Numbered from the whole stretch's first letter, positions 34,372 through 49,450 are shown. The stretch: DNA of 63,218 nucleotides, filler included, from Octopus bimaculoides (GCF_001194135.2; 4 parts of 4 records of this genome joined end to end with filler, not necessarily neighbours in it); one strand, 5' to 3'. Program-made: numbers and translations. Notes: a model not told the origin generated them from the letters alone.

Positions 34372-36057
34372 GCGAATATGTGTAATACATGTTCCTGCGC
34401 TCCGAGTTCAAACCCTTCGAAGTTAACTCTATCTTTCCTACTTCCAAGGTCGTCAAATGAAATATTGACGCCCATTCTTTTCTCTCTCGTTTAATTTTGA
34501 ATCGGCCATTAAGAGAAAATTAAGACTCAATTAAAACAAATTTTATAGCTTTACACGCACACACACGCACAAACACACACACATACATATATTAGAAAAA
34601 TATATATCATACGAAATATGCATATAACATAATGCAATATATATGCGTGTCTGTATCATATAACATTCAATGTGCAAAATATGTAATGTGTGCACGTGTC
34701 ATAACATAATATGAAACAAAATACATAAAATATAAAAACACAGCAAAAAATGATTTTAAAAATGGTAGACTCGTCTAAAATATTCGATATTTAGAAATTC
34801 AACGAAAACACTTTAAAACCAACCGAATTCGTGACTGTTCAAAGGAAATCTTAAAACACAGTCTTCGACATGATTGCATTGCTAGGTTCACTTAGTAGTA
34901 GTGGTGGTGATGATGGTAGTAGTAGTAGTAGTAGTAGCATGAAAGGTATTTTGCAACCGTTGTAATTATTTCATTATAATTATAAACACTCTCTCTCTCT
35001 CATACACACACACACACACACACACACACANNNNNNNNNNNNNNNNNNNNNNNNNNNNNNNNNNNNNNNNNNNNNNNNNNNNNNNNNNNNNNNNNNNNNN
35101 NNNNNNNNNNNNNNNNNNNNNNNNNNNNNNNNNNNNNNNNNNNNNNNNNNNNNNNNNNNATATATATATATATATATATATATACGACAGGCTTCTTTCA
35201 GTTCCCGTCTACCAAATCCACTCAATAATAGAAGACACTTGCCCAAGGTGCTACGCAGTGGGACTGAACCCCGGGACCATGTGGTTGGAAAGCAAGCTTC
35301 TCACCACACAGCCACGCCTGCGCCTACTGTTTAATATACATGTGAAAATTCGTTTTCAAAACTTTAGTGAGGGCGTATCCACCGCAGGCACCTTCGTAGC
35401 GAGCACTTCAATCCGATATCTGGAAATTGACCATACTGAACAGCTAATAACCAAATGAAAATATATGTTTCGTAAAACAAGGAGTCGCTGTCCTTTGTCG
35501 CACATCTCTCTTCCGTATTTTTTTTTCCTCGAGCTTACACATGTCCAGCGCCAGCGATGCCGGGTCTAGGGACTCAATTATGACTTATGTATAATATAGT
35601 CAACTTTCAATAAATACATTCATTTGCCTAGAGCCGTACGAAGCTTGTATATCAGCTCTGCCCGGTGCTTCTTCCTTGTTCGTGACGCTAGAAAAACTAT
35701 TCCAAATGCTTTTGCTATTAAAGGCGATTCAATAAGTTTTAAAATATCTATTTTAAGTTTCAATGTTTAAACCTAGAAGTGTATCTGCTTTATTTGAACA
35801 TTTAAAAAAAAATTCTGTCTAGCATTTCTTAAAATTAAATCTGTGCTTTTTCTTACAAAACTTGCAAAATTTGATTAAAAATATTTTTGGACGTGTTTCT
35901 GACGTACCTCTTTCCATTGCTGCTGACGAAGTCGTATCAAAACACAGACAAACAATTACAAGAATAGATTGAAATATGGAAACAAACAAACAATCAAACA
36001 AACACACACACATACACACTTATGTTTGTATGTGTGTGCGTGTATATACATATATAC

Positions 36058-36122
<65 letters not shown>

Positions 36123-37220
36123 NNNNNNNNNNNNNNNNNNNNNNNNNNNNNNNNNNNNNNNNNNNNNNNNNNNNNNNNNNNNNNNNNNNNNNNNNNNNNN
36201 NNNNNNNNNNNNNNNNNNNNNNNNNNNNNNNNNNNNNNNNNNNNNNNNNNNNNNNNNNNNNNNNNNNNNNNNNNNNNNNNNNNNNNNNNNNNNNNNNNNN
36301 NNNNNNNNNNNNNNNNNNNNNNNNNNNNNNNNNNNNNNNNNNNNNNNNNNNNNNNNNNNNNNNNNNNNNNNNNNNNNNNNNNNNNNNNNNNNNNNNNNNN
36401 NNNNNNNNNNNNNNNNNNNNNNNNNNNNNNNNNNNNNNNNNNNNNNNNNNNNNNNNNNNNNNNNNNNNNNNNNNNNNNNNNNNNNNNNNNNNNNNNNATA
36501 TATATATATATATATATACATGCATACATATATACATATGTATATGAATGTATATACATACATTCATATGTGTATATTTGTAGGTATGTACACAAACATT
36601 TTTACGAACTATTTTTGAGCTCACCTTAGTGAAGTGTGAAAGACATTTTGTTGGCAACATGAAGCAGACAAACACACATGGAATAGCATTCCATCAAAGT
36701 AAATTTGGTAAATCACCCAATCCTTACCCGAAAAAGTACCAGGTTCGTTCCCGGCAAACAACGACAATAAAGAAAAAACAATAACAACAATATTGGCTTC
36801 AGTTATTATTGATGGCCTCTTTTCATTTCAGTGCCCAGGTGTCGAAACTATAGTAATATCCGCCTGACTGCTGATGAAGGGAATCTGTATGCCGTATGCT
36901 TGTTTCCGCATTTTTTTGTCTTGGGGTCTCGTTATTCTGAGTTTTCTTCATTCTCATACTTCATCTAGAACGTACTTTTATCGATCCAGATAAAATGAAA
37001 GGCAAAGTTGAGCTCGGCCGGAAGTAGTTCTGTTAAGCGCTTTGTCAGACGTGCTAGAGATTCTGCCAGTTGGCCGCCTCAAAAGCTTTGGGCTATAGGA
37101 ATAGATGATTGTTGGATATGTGACGCAGTGAGACTGAACCCGAAGCGATGTGGTTGCAAGGAAAGCTTTTTAACCACATAAACATTCTTGCATTTGTGTG
37201 TGTGTGTGAGAGAGAGAAAG

Positions 37221-37277
<57 letters not shown>

Positions 37278-37909
37278 TACACACACATACTGCTTTCAGA
37301 GTGTCTGTCAGCAGAACCCGCTCACTGTACATTAGTCAGCCTAGGGCTATCGTAAAAAGATCAAACGCTTGCCTAACGTGCCACGAAGTGAGACTGAATT
37401 TTAAAACATGGTTGCGAAATGAATTTCTCAACTAGTCATACCTCCACATATCCACACACACACACATAGATACACATGCACACACTCACGCGCATCATGT
37501 CTTCAAGACGTTTCTAGTGTCTACTGACTTCGGTTAAATTAAATTTTAGACTTAGTTTGGTGTTAAGCTTAATTCAATAAAACTTCTATTTTATTCACTT
37601 CATTCACTAAAGCTTGAGAGGAGCAAACTTTAACAGCAATAATAACATGTGATATGGATGGTGTGAATGTGTTCATGTTTGTGGTAAACAACATCTATAC
37701 TCCAGCGATTTGTAAGCTGAAGCAAGCTACACACACACGCACGCACACAAATCTTTTTGAGCTTAATGATAAACACTATACAGATAGCTGTCGTAAAGTA
37801 TAGAGTTTCTTTTAGCTGTGCAGCCAGTGTTACGAAAATCTTAGTAGGTCGACCGTGAAATAGAAATAGGGTACTCAAGCAGAGACGACACCACATTTTA
37901 CCTCATGGG

Positions 37910-38148
37910 TCACTGAATTACGGAAATCGTCCTGTAAGTGACAGGGTTGTTGTCAAACGACTCCGACGGGCAGTCAATCATGTGGAAGTATTTGGGCATG
38001 ACAGAAGGTTCTTTTAGGACCACATTTGGTTTAAGCTTATTGTTCGATCCCCATATACCGCATTTATATTTCTCGCTCTTTCCGTTGCCTTTCTTGAACT
38101 CATAAGGCAAAATATGCTGAATATGCTCCTTTGCTACTTCCAGTATAG
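37910..38148 (-). CDS. Candidate exon of an unidentified gene
   Basis: Acceptor TTATTATTTTCAAAG|C and a single open frame of ~80 codons (AILEVAKEHIQHILPYEFKKGNGKSEKYKCGIWG...FDNNPVTYRTISVIQ*) in non-repetitive sequence. No family recognised. Confidence 0.3.
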
Positions 38149-39071
38149 CTTTGAAAATAATAACTGTTAAAATCGAACTGCACTCTTCAAAACTTGCACT
38201 AAGAATATGGACAAGAAGTTGCAGGATAAAGTACCTGCTTTTATAGCAAGTTGGTGCAGATAGTTTATCCTGCCCCACCACCTCCGACTTTTAGTTCATG
38301 CAATTGAAAAACCGTATTATCTATGAGATGATCCAATAGATAGGAGAGCAATTTTGACACAATGTCTTGAAAATCTCTCGTTTACATCAGAAAATACCCA
38401 AGAGACAGAACCTGGTAGGTTCCATTATTTATTATTGTGCTAAATGACATGTGAAGTCGGTGAAGTTTTCAACTGAAAGTCGTATCAGCAAACGCATATT
38501 AATCACAAGACGTTGTATTCAGAGAGCTATCCTCAAGTAGCTGCTTATTGTCCACATTAGCTGTCGGAAACGTACTTCATAGGTTTGTCTTAATAGTTTC
38601 CTTATTTAATTGTTGAACGTTAATGAGAAATATTTTTGTACTACAACTGTCCACATTTCAGATGTGTATTTGAAATTTGTCTCTGCACGATTTGACATCT
38701 CTCTGGACAATGAATGTTCTTCTACGAGGTTTTTGCCATGCTGGAGATACCAATTAATCATCCTCCATACATCTGAACTTCCTCTTCACCTCCACCTTCC
38801 TTCTTTATCTACTCTCTCACTTGTACCTTTTCTTCCTCACTTCTCTCTATTTCTCTCTTTCTTCCTCTCGACATAGTTCAGAAATTTCATTTTCCCAATC
38901 TACAATCATTTTGCAAAAACATCTTAAGAACTGAGTTTCTCCTTGGAAACGTAGAGAAATGTGGCACAAAATGAATTACTCCCTTCCCTCCCTCTTCACA
39001 TCTTTGTGTTTAATACACCCCCACACACACACATACGTGCGTATGCATGCATGTGTGTATGTGTGTGTGTA

Positions 39072-40044
39072 TACAAGGGTTGAACCAAAAGTAAATGCGA
39101 TGATGTCTATAACACTTTTCTATTAACTGACGCAAGTTCAAATCACTCAACTTAATAGAATACCTCTTCCTCCTCAATAAAAAAAAAGGTACCACACAAC
39201 ATAGACTCCATTACAATTGATTTATTCCCGCCATCGTTGACCCCCGCTCCCGACTCTCGAACCTTCTTTGAGAAACATTCTGACGTACATTGTTCTCCTC
39301 ATTTCTTCGCAAACACTTCCGCCTCTTTCTGTTATCGTCAAATCATTGTCCCCAAAGGCTGTTTTTCCTTGGACCAAACAATTGGGACTCAATGGGCGCC
39401 AGACCCCAGAAATACAAGTGATTGAGAACGAGGATCACTGAGACGTCTAATTTACTGATTGCCTGATTTCTTTTTAAAGATGTTTGTGGTCGTATATTGT
39501 CGTTCGTATTCGGTGTCTTCCTCCTAACGGCTTCTCTAAGCCTTTTCTCACTGTCTCCGTTTCGGTGTTCATGGAACAGACACAGTCTAGAAAATCAAGA
39601 AGAATGAGACCCTTGTAACCCACAAAACAGCCACCAGGATTTTTTTTGTTCTTGGACTACTTAGAATTTGGAGATGAGCTATGAAGCATTCCATGAACTG
39701 AGCCTTCGTTTCCAGATCATAAAGATACGCTCATGGATCATGTTTCATAAAGATACTCTCTCATCAAATTGGTAATAATAAAACGTATCTTGATTGACTA
39801 CGTCCAGCAGATTAGAGCAGACTTTCACTTTTTTGGCCTTTAAATCGGGTGTCAACAGCCAGAGTTACTCACTTTGAACAAACTTCTGCTTAAAATCCAT
39901 TTTTCCTTGCAATGAAGAAGAACAGGAAAAAGCATTTCTACAGAGGAAGAGTTATTCTCGCAACATGCGTACTTCAAACCACCTTCGACAGTTGATAAAG
40001 AGGTTACGCATCATGTTTGTATTATTTTCGTTAGCGCTCACGTA
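39072..40044 (-). mobile_element. Degenerate mariner (DD34D-type) element
   Basis: Starts TACAAGGGTTGAACCAAAAGT with a weak reverse-complement match at the other end. The minus strand reads approximately LLTPDLKAKKVKVCSNLLD...YDLETKAQFME...KKILVAVLW (cf. WVPxxLT...YDPETKRQS.EW...KVM..VFWD). Confidence 0.65.
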
Positions 40045-40206
40045 TATACATACATACATACATACATACATACATACTTACAAACATACGTAGGTGTGTG
40101 CATATGCACGTGAGCTTGGGTGTGCTTGTGTGCTTGCATGTATGTACGTATGTATGCAACTATATATATATTTGTGTGTATGTGTGTGTGTATGTGTGTG
40201 TGTATG

Positions 40207-40239
<33 letters not shown>

Positions 40240-41277
40240 AAGTCAAAAGACACTTTTAACGTCAAGAATATATATATATATATACAAGAATAAGGACAGG
40301 GAATCGTCAATTAATAATAAAATTAATAATTAACAATTTTGCCAAGTAGTTCAGTATGAAAAAACCTTTATCGGTAAAACCATTTATCATCATAAATATA
40401 CAGGGATTAGCATTGAGTTGCTTCTCCAACATACTGAAAATTTAGAAATAGCAGTCAAAGAACTACTGATTCTAAACTACAAATTTTTCTCTAAATGGAT
40501 GGCGATATTTATGGCAAACACACACACACACACACACACANNNNNNNNNNNNNNNNNNNNNNNNNNNNNNNNNNNNNNNNNNNNNNNNNNNNNNNNNNNN
40601 NNNNNNNNNNNNNNNNNNNNNNNNNNNNNNNNNNNNNNNNNNNNNNNNNNNNNNNNNNNNNNNNNNNNNNNNNNNNNNNNNNNNNNNNNNNNNNNNNNNN
40701 NNNNNNNNNNNNNNNNNNNNNNNNNNNNNNNNNNNNNNNNNNNNNNNNNNNNNNNNNNNNNNNNNNNNNNNNNNNNNNNNNNNNNNNNNNNNNNNNNNNN
40801 NNNNNNNNNNNNNNNNNNNNNNNNNNNNNNNNNNNNNNNNNNNNNNNNNNNNNNNNNNNNNNNNNNNNNNNNNNNNNNNNNNNNNNNNNNNNNNNNNNNN
40901 NNNNNNNNNNNNNNNNNNNNNNNNNNNNNNNNNNNNNNNNNNNNNNNNNNNNNNNNNNNNNNNNNNNNNNNNNNNNNNNNNNNNNNNNNNNNNNNNNNNN
41001 NNNNNNNNNNNNNNNNNNNNNNNNNNNNNNNNNNNNNNNNNNNNNNNNNNNNNNNNNNNNNNNNNNNNNNNNNNNNNNNNNNNNNNNNNNNNNNNNNNNN
41101 NNNNNNNNNNNNNNNNNNTGGGATTTCATGCAAAGGAGAGCGGGAGAAGAGATATCAATAGAGATGGAGAGTGCCTAAGTGTGGATGTATATGTGTATGC
41201 ATGTGTGCATATTCGTAGCCGTTTTTAATGTTGAGTATGTGAGTGTGTGTCAGTTAATATTTCAGAATATGTTCGTG

Positions 41278-41316
<39 letters not shown>

Positions 41317-42776
41317 AAATGTGTGCACATGCGTGTTCGCAACTGTTTTCAGTGTTGAGTCAGTATACGTGTGTGCGTAGTTGATATTTTGGAACGTATG
41401 TGTGCGTGCGTGTTTCTGCACGTGCAAGTGTGAGTGCGTGTGTGTGTGTGTATGTGTTTATGTGTGTCTGTGTATGTATGTGTGTGCATGTATGTGTGTG
41501 TGTGTGTGTGTGTGTGTATGCATATAGATTTATTTCTACTGTAAATATGCGTGAAAGTTGAATGTGTGTGCATGCATATGTTGGTATCTGTGACAAGTGT
41601 GAATATGATTTTGTAGTGTGAATGTGTGAGTGTGTGTGTGTGTGTGTGAGTGTGTGTGTGTGTGTGTGCACCGGATGTATGCGTGTCTGTTTTTCTATGT
41701 GTGTATGTGCTTGTGCGTGTGCTTGTGCGTGTGATTCGAGAATGGGAATTTGTGCGTGCTTATACTAAGATTTTGTGTGCCTGTTGTACGTGTAATATGA
41801 GTACTTTGCTCATGTTCTTTGTATGTGTTTCTATATCATTCGTGAGTATGTATATATACGGTATACATTTATGTAATTTGTACTGTGTGCGTGTTTGCTA
41901 CATGCATGGGTATGTGCATGGTCGGTGTTTAAATATGTGTACGACGCGTGCATGTGTAAAGTGATTAGGAAAAATTTGTTCAGGAAAATTGGACTGAGAA
42001 TTGAGGCCATTGGGAGCGAAAGATTGATAATATTCCCTCCTTAACGAGGTTGCGATTTTCACTGACTTACTACGTAAATCAAGACTGAACACGGAGAGTT
42101 GGTGAGTAGAGTTATATAGAAAATTGATATGACGTGATATAGACGAAACAGCCTGTAGCCAGATACGGTGGTGGTGTCTCGGAGAATTGAACAGTAGAAG
42201 TATAGGTTATTAAAACACAAGCACACACACACACACACAAACACACGTGTATTATATATATGTATATATATATATATATATACAAATTAATATCCCTTTC
42301 TATCGTTTGAGGTGGTTATTTAACCTCTATTTAAATATATATATATATATATATATANNNNNNNNNNNNNNNNNNNNNNNNNNNNNNNNNNNNNNNNNNN
42401 NNNNNNNNNNNNNNNNNNNNNNNNNNNNNNNNNNNNNNNNNNNNNNNNNNNNNNNNNNNNNNNNNNNNNNNNNNNNNNNNNNNNNNNNNNNNNNNNNNNN
42501 NNNNNNNNNNNNNNNNNNNNNNNNNNNNNNNNNNNNNNNNNNNNNNNNNNNNNNNNNNNNNNNNNNNNNNNNNNNNNNNNNNNNNNNNNNNNNNNNNNNN
42601 NNNNNNNNNNNNNNNNNNNNNNNNNNNNNNNNNNNNNNNNNNNNNNNNNNNNNNNNNNNNNNNNNNNNNNNNNNNNNNNNNNNNNNNNNNNNNNNNNNNN
42701 NNNNNNNNNNNNNNNNNNNNNNNNNNNNNNNNNNNNNNNNNNNNNNNNNNNNNNNNNNNNNNNNNNNNNNNNNNNN

Positions 42777-42814
<38 letters not shown>

Positions 42815-42834
42815 GGACAAATTAATTACAGATT

Positions 42835-43260
42835 CAAAAATAATTTATAGCAGACGTCAAGCATCCAACCTAAAAATGTTCTTAACTCAAGCCAGATTTA
42901 CAACTAGAGAAACAACAAAGAGAGTTCGAAATGTGGTGACCCTCGTTGTGGAACATGTGATTGCATGGAAGAAGGAAGACAAATTATTTTTAAAGGCAGT
43001 AACATTTTAAAAATAAACGCAAATATGAATTGCAAATCCAGAAATCTAATTTACTATACCACATGTCCCGAATGCAAAGAATACTACATTGGTGAAACGG
43101 GCATTGGACTATGTGAGAGAGTAAGAGTACATAAACAACAAATCATGTGGTTGCAAAGCAAGTTTCTGAATAACACAGCCAGGTTGCATGTGGCTGGAAG
43201 CCATCTTTTGAAGAGGTTAACCAGAGGCCAAGTAAATTGTTCTGAAATTCGTTCTTTGTA
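42835..43260 (+). mobile_element. Penelope-like GIY-YIG endonuclease relic
   Basis: KCGDPRCGTC...NMNCKSRNLIYYTTCPECKEYYIGETGIGLCERVRVHKQQI. A short SINE fragment follows at ~43142-43180. Confidence 0.85.
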
Positions 43261-43758
43261 GGTCAAGATGGAAAAATATTAGAGTATTTTATGGCCATAA
43301 CCAATAGACAGTTGAGTAAATTGCTGAAAAGAAAAATATTTCATTATAAGTAATTATATAAATCATGTACTGTAATTTCATAAAAAGAACGGAAAGACTT
43401 TTCTCAAAATAAAGAGAAGGACAAGTAGAAGCAATTATTTAAGTTTCCATATTTATTTGGTTACTTCTTTTCCTTTCTTTCATTTTATTTCTTTATTTAC
43501 TTATTCATTTTTGAAAACTTAGGGTGAAACAATTTTCTGAATGTCTTCGATGCAGCCATTCTACCTGAATCAATACGACCGAACCAAATGAAGATTGCCA
43601 GCATTGTTTTATCGTGTTCCAGAGGTAATTTCTCTAAATTATAGAGAATTTATAACAGCATATTTATGTTCGTCATTTATACCACGAGCAATGACACATG
43701 CTGTAGTTAAGATATATATATATATATATACATGCATATAATACATACATACATACAA

Positions 43759-43819
<61 letters not shown>

Positions 43820-44441
43820 NNNNNNNNNNNNNNNNNNNNNNNNNNNNNNNNNNNNNNNNNNNNNNNNNNNNNNNNNNNNNNNNNNNNNNNNNNNNNNNNN
43901 NNNNNNNNNNNNNNNNNNNNNNNNNNNNNNNNNNNNNNNNNNNNNNNNNNNNNNNNNNNNNNNNNNNNNNNNNNNNNNNNNNNNNNNNNNNNNNNNNNNN
44001 NNNNNNNNNNNNNNNNNNNNNNNNNNNNNNNNNNNNNNNNNNNNNNNNNNNNNNNNNNNNNNNNNNNNNNNNNNNNNNNNNNNNNNNNNNNNNNNNNNNN
44101 NNNNNNNNNNNNNNNNNNNNNNNNNNNNNNNNNNNNNNNNNNNNNNNNNNNNNNNNNNNNNNNNNNNNNNNNNNNNNNNNNNNNNNNNNNNNNNNNNNNN
44201 NNNNNNNNNNNNNNNNNNNNNNNNNNNNNNNNNNNNNNNNNNNNNNNNNNNNNNNNNNNNNNNNNNNNNNNNNNNNNNNNNNNNNNNNNNNNNNNNNNNN
44301 NNNNNNNNNNNNNNNNNNNNNNNNNNNNNNNNNNNNNNNNNNNNNNNNNNNNNNNNNNNNNNNNNNNNNNNNNNNNNNNNNNNNNNNNNNNNNNNNNNNN
44401 NNNNNNNNNNNNNNNNNNNNNATATATATATATACATATAT

Positions 44442-44600
44442 ACGACGGGCTTCTTTCAGTTTCCGTCTACCAAATCCACTCACAAGGCTTTGGTCGGCCC
44501 GAGGCTATAGTAGAAACACTTGCCCAAGGTGCCACGCAGTGGGACTGAACCCGGAACCATGTGGTTGGTAAGTAAGCTACTTACCACACAGCCACTCCTG
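44442..44600 (-). mobile_element. SINE family A, 5' half
   Basis: Reverse complement of 4408-4570. Similar minus copies at 35184-35324, 47939-48082, 57545-57700 and 63170-63218. Confidence 0.8.
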
Positions 44601-44704
44601 TATTTATGTATGTTTTATTTATATATATCTTTCTATGTGTGTATGCATACATACATACATACATACATACATACATACATACATACATACATGCATACAT
44701 ACAT

Positions 44705-44830
44705 ACATACATCTATGTGGCCGACGACTACGTTTATCATCTTCAAGACTCTCGTCACCGCTACGAAATTTCTTGAACCACCATTGTTCTGTACGTTCAT
44801 TAGTGGTTTCTGAGCATACAAACATGCGTA
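44705..44830 (-). mobile_element. Mariner transposase HTH fragment
   Basis: SETTNERTEQWWFKKFRSGDESLEDDKRSRRP, the classic mariner N-terminal motif. Confidence 0.8.
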
Positions 44831-45659
44831 CAGCATACAGATACACTCATACATAGATACATGAATATAACATACTCAACCACATATATACAGACACACG
44901 TATGCCTACACATACAAATACACATCCTCATATATACACATAGCTTGGTGCTCATACATACACACACACACACAGACGTATAGACAGGCACATAAATACA
45001 TACACAGTTACATTCACGCATAAATACACACATATACACATGTACACATATACACATCCTTCCGTACACAGCTCACACTTAAGACACTGGCACATGGACA
45101 CATCATATTTCCATGACAACATGTCATACTGAAATAATGAAATTTGTCCTCACAAAATTACTCATTTATATCAGAAAATCTACCTAGGTTTTATATCATG
45201 CTTCCATTTCTTTTAATATATATATATATGTCCTGCCCGAAGCTCGTCGAAACGCCGGTGTTAAAACGTGGGTAGCTGATGAAGTAGAATGTTCTCTATG
45301 TGGCTCGTGTGTTCTCGTCTACGTTTGTTTGCAATGTCCTGTACCCAGATATGCACCTATACATACAGGTGGATGTCGGTATGCACATACCTGTACGTAT
45401 ATATGCATATACTCATTTACTTTTGTTTTTATATATATATATATATATATATATAGTATGTATTACATGTATATTTTTTTCTATATATTATTGATTCCGT
45501 TGGAGTAGATAAAAAATATGTAAAGCAAAAAGAAAACAATTAGTTCTTCCTGATTGGTTCAATGGAATTATTTCATCTTAATTCCATCGTTACCATTATC
45601 TGTCTCAGCATGGAATCTCTCAAGAACAGAAAAGACAATGATGACGAAAACAACAAGTA

Positions 45660-45763
45660 TAACAACAAGATAAAATGCTACTACTACTACAACTACTACT
45701 ACTGCTGCTACTGCTGCTACAACTACTACTTCTATACTATTACTACTACTATAACTACTACTG

Positions 45764-45795
<32 letters not shown>

Positions 45796-45924
45796 GCTGC
45801 TACCACTGTTGCTACTATAAGGAGAACATATAACGGCGACGATTTCAACAGTAGCAACGATAACGAAACCAGTTACAACTCCTGAAGCAACAAATGCACC
45901 AACAGCAGTAATCGCAACAACAGC

Positions 45925-45967
<43 letters not shown>

Positions 45968-46030
45968 GCAACAACAACAACAGCAACTACAAACAGCAGC
46001 AAGAAAATGAACAAGAAGAGCAACAACAAA
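45660..46030. repeat. Cryptic trinucleotide (ACT/AAC/AGC) microsatellite region
   Basis: Runs of ACT, CAA and GCA. Similar blocks at 26815-27080 and 60465-61200. Confidence 0.85.
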
Positions 46031-46384
46031 GACAAAAACGAGAAGACGGAAGACTACAAGATTTGCTGCGACAGTAAAGTATTAGCATTTGTTGTGTTAG
46101 CGTAGTTAAGAGCCAACAGAAGCTACTTTACTAGAAGAATGACCAACTGAGATAATTATTGACCAAAAAACGGACAGGGTAATTGACGTTGCAGAAGAGT
46201 AGTGCAGTTATCGGTCTACTTTTTACTGTGACTCTATTTGGCCTTGTTGTTGTTGTTGTCTTTTGTTGTTACTGCTGCTGTTGTATTTTGTTGTTGTTGT
46301 TGTTGTACCTGTTGGAGTTGCTAAGACTCAGTGTTTTGTGTCTAAATCCAAATCGATTCTGCCTGAAAGCGATGTGAGAAGCAC

Positions 46385-46437
<53 letters not shown>

Positions 46438-47526
46438 GCGCGAGTAAAAGATAAAAGATAAAAACTATGAAGCCGAANNNNNNNNNNNNNNNNNNNNNNN
46501 NNNNNNNNNNNNNNNNNNNNNNNNNNNNNNNNNNNNNNNNNNNNNNNNNNNNNNNNNNNNNNNNNNNNNNNNNNNNNNNNNNNNNNNNNNNNNNNNNNNN
46601 NNNNNNNNNNNNNNNNNNNNNNNNNNNNNNNNNNNNNNNNNNNNNNNNNNNNNNNNNNNNNNNNNNNNNNNNNNNNNNNNNNNNNNNNNNNNNNNNNNNN
46701 NNNNNNNNNNNNNNNNNNNNNNNNNNNNNNNNNNNNNNNNNNNNNNNNNNNNNNNNNNNNNNNNNNNNNNNNNNNNNNNNNNNNNNCACACACACACACA
46801 CACACACACACACGCGCGCGCGAGTAAAAGATAAAAGATAAAAACTATGAAGCCGAAAGAACATTCTAAAGGGTTGAAGGTGCTGACCAACCATAGTGAA
46901 AGACAATCCATCGAGAGGAAGGAAATCTTTGAAATAAAAACCGATCGGCGAACACTTGCAATCTGCTGATGCTATTTTGTACAGACAAAACTTCGGACAG
47001 GAAGACGTCATGGTTTCGTCTACATACAACTGATAAGAATATACATAAATATATCGCATACATATACATATGTGTGTGTGTGTGTGTGTGTGTGTGAATT
47101 CTTTTTTTTTTTGCCCCTTCACTGTTGGACAACTGGTGTTGGTTTATTTACGACTCCCAGCAATTGGGACCGAGAGAATAAGTATCAAACTTCTTTCTAT
47201 CTTAAAATAAAATGAATGAGTACTGGAGTGAATTTGTTCAAGTAAATCACTTCGAAGTGGTGCTCCAGCATGGCCGCTGTCCAGTGACTGAAACAAGTAA
47301 AAGAATAAAAGGGAAAATGCCGAGATAAGCCGCTCCTTCACTAAAACCTGACGAAGAGGAAATAAAATAGCATTATGAAAGCATGATTAATTTAACTGCT
47401 GGAGATTAAGGTGCTAATCTTGCTGTATTTTATCCAAGCTTTAATCCATTATTTCATCTCTCTAGATGCTGTTTGCTGTAGAAGGAATTCAACAAGATTC
47501 CCGGATGAATATAATCTGACACGACT

Positions 47527-47568
<42 letters not shown>

Positions 47569-47870
47569 CTTGAAGTATATTTGCCACCTAAATGTGGCTA
47601 ACCCTTATGGGTCGATGCTACTGTAGTTTGTAGCCCCAGGAAGACATCTCCTCCAGCTGGCTATTGACACACTTTCTGTGCCCTATCAATATTTGCAAAG
47701 GGAAGTCATCGTTCTCATCTCCAGCCTGACGTGATGCATACAGACCCAAGTTTCTGGGTTTTCACCCGTCATCAGCGTGTAACAGCCACCGGTTGGCGAT
47801 CGGAAGTGGTTCTCAACGCAAACATATATACTTTTTCCAGTGACGAAAAATCACTGATCTCGAAAAAGTG

Positions 47871-47939
<69 letters not shown>

Positions 47940-48384
47940 CGAGGGGTTTCTTTCAGTTTCCGTCTACCAAATCCGCTCGCAAGGCTTTGGTCAGAAGTCA
48001 CGTACCCAAGGTGCCACGCAATGAGACTGAACCCGGAACCGTGTGGTTGGGAAGCAAGCTTCTTACCACACAGCCACGCCTGGACGACACACACTCTTCT
48101 ACAGAGACACACACCTGCGCGCGCGCACGCACTCACTCCAGAACGAAAGTAAGAAAGACAAAGATGACAGAGATGGGAAAAGATCGAAGAAGTCGGAAAG
48201 ATGAAGATTAAAGACCATGCAATGTGGAAGCGATTGGACAGAATGATAACAAAAAACGGATTAGCGAGAGGAATTGTTGATAACATTAATTATGGTATTG
48301 TCGTGTTTTAAAATGGCCGGCAGGAACCAATGAAGATATGGCAGCAGCTACAGGAGAGAAACGAAGAAACCAGAAGCAAATCGA

Positions 48385-48571
48385 TACACTTAGATGGCCC
48401 CATGACGTTTCTTCTCTTTATCTCTATCTCTCTCTCTCTGTCTTTCTGTCTGTCTGCCTGTCTCTCTCTATCTCTGTCTTTCTCTCTGAGTCTCTGTGCC
48501 TGTCTGTCCGTCGTTCTCTCTTTCTGCCCCTCACTCTCCCCCCCTCTCTCTCTCTCTATCTATCTATCTAC

Positions 48572-48614
<43 letters not shown>

Positions 48615-49199
48615 GCTGTCTATCTAGCTATATATTTGTTGCTCTCTCACTCTCACTTGCTCTCTTTCTCTCTCTTTTCCTCTCTTTCTCTTTCCTTTTA
48701 TCACCCTCCCTCTCGACTGTCTGCTGTCTGTCCGTCGCTTTCTCCTCCTCCGCCTTTCTCTCTTTCTCTTTATCTATCTATATATCAATCTCTTGTTCTC
48801 CCCTCGTTCTCTCTTTCTTTCGTACTCTCTCCTACTCTTTCCTCTCTCATTCTCACTCGCTTTCTCTCTCTCACACACACATACAAACACACTTTCTCTC
48901 TTTTTCTCTCACTACGTTCTCATTTGCTCTCCCTTTCGTTCTATCTCTCTCTCTCTCTCTCTCTCTTTACCTCTTCCGTCTTTCCCTATCTTTCTCTCTC
49001 CCACTCTCGCCCTCTCACTCCCTCTCACTCCTCCCTTCCTCCCTCTCTCTCCTTTCCTCTCTCTCATTTTCCCTCTCTCTCCTTCCTCTCTTTCCCTCTC
49101 TCTCCCTCTCTCTCTCCTCTCCTTTCTATCCTTTCTTCTCTCTTCGTCCCTTCCTCTCCTCTTTCTTTCACGCTCTCTCTCCTTTCCTCACTCTCACTT

Positions 49200-49236
<37 letters not shown>

Positions 49237-49450
49237 TTGTCTTTCTGTCTGTCTCTCTCTCTGTCTTTCTGTCTGTGTGTCTCTGTCTGTCTCTCTTTCT
49301 ATCTCTGTCTTTCTCCCTGAGTCGCTGTGCCTGTCTGTTCGTCGTTCTCTCTTTCTCTCCCCCTCTCTTTCTCTCTCTCTTTCTCTCTCCCTTTATCACC
49401 CTCCCTCTTTCTCGACTGTCTGCTGTCTGTCCGTCGCTTTCTCCCCCTCC

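Noticed and set aside
45568-46070. Mucin-like Thr-rich or Val-rich ORFs
   Set aside because: Trinucleotide microsatellite with frame breaks and no credible splice or start context. Same for 26721-27105 and 60462-61184.
46380-46860. Direct repeat around the gap at 46478-46786 (also 61699-61788 versus 61799-61888)
   Set aside because: Sequence repeated on both sides of an N-gap; most likely contig-end overlap or haplotype duplication.
46866-47132. HDVFLS resembling the TIR-domain box 1
   Set aside because: Six-residue match only, and the rest of the ORF does not follow a TIR pattern.
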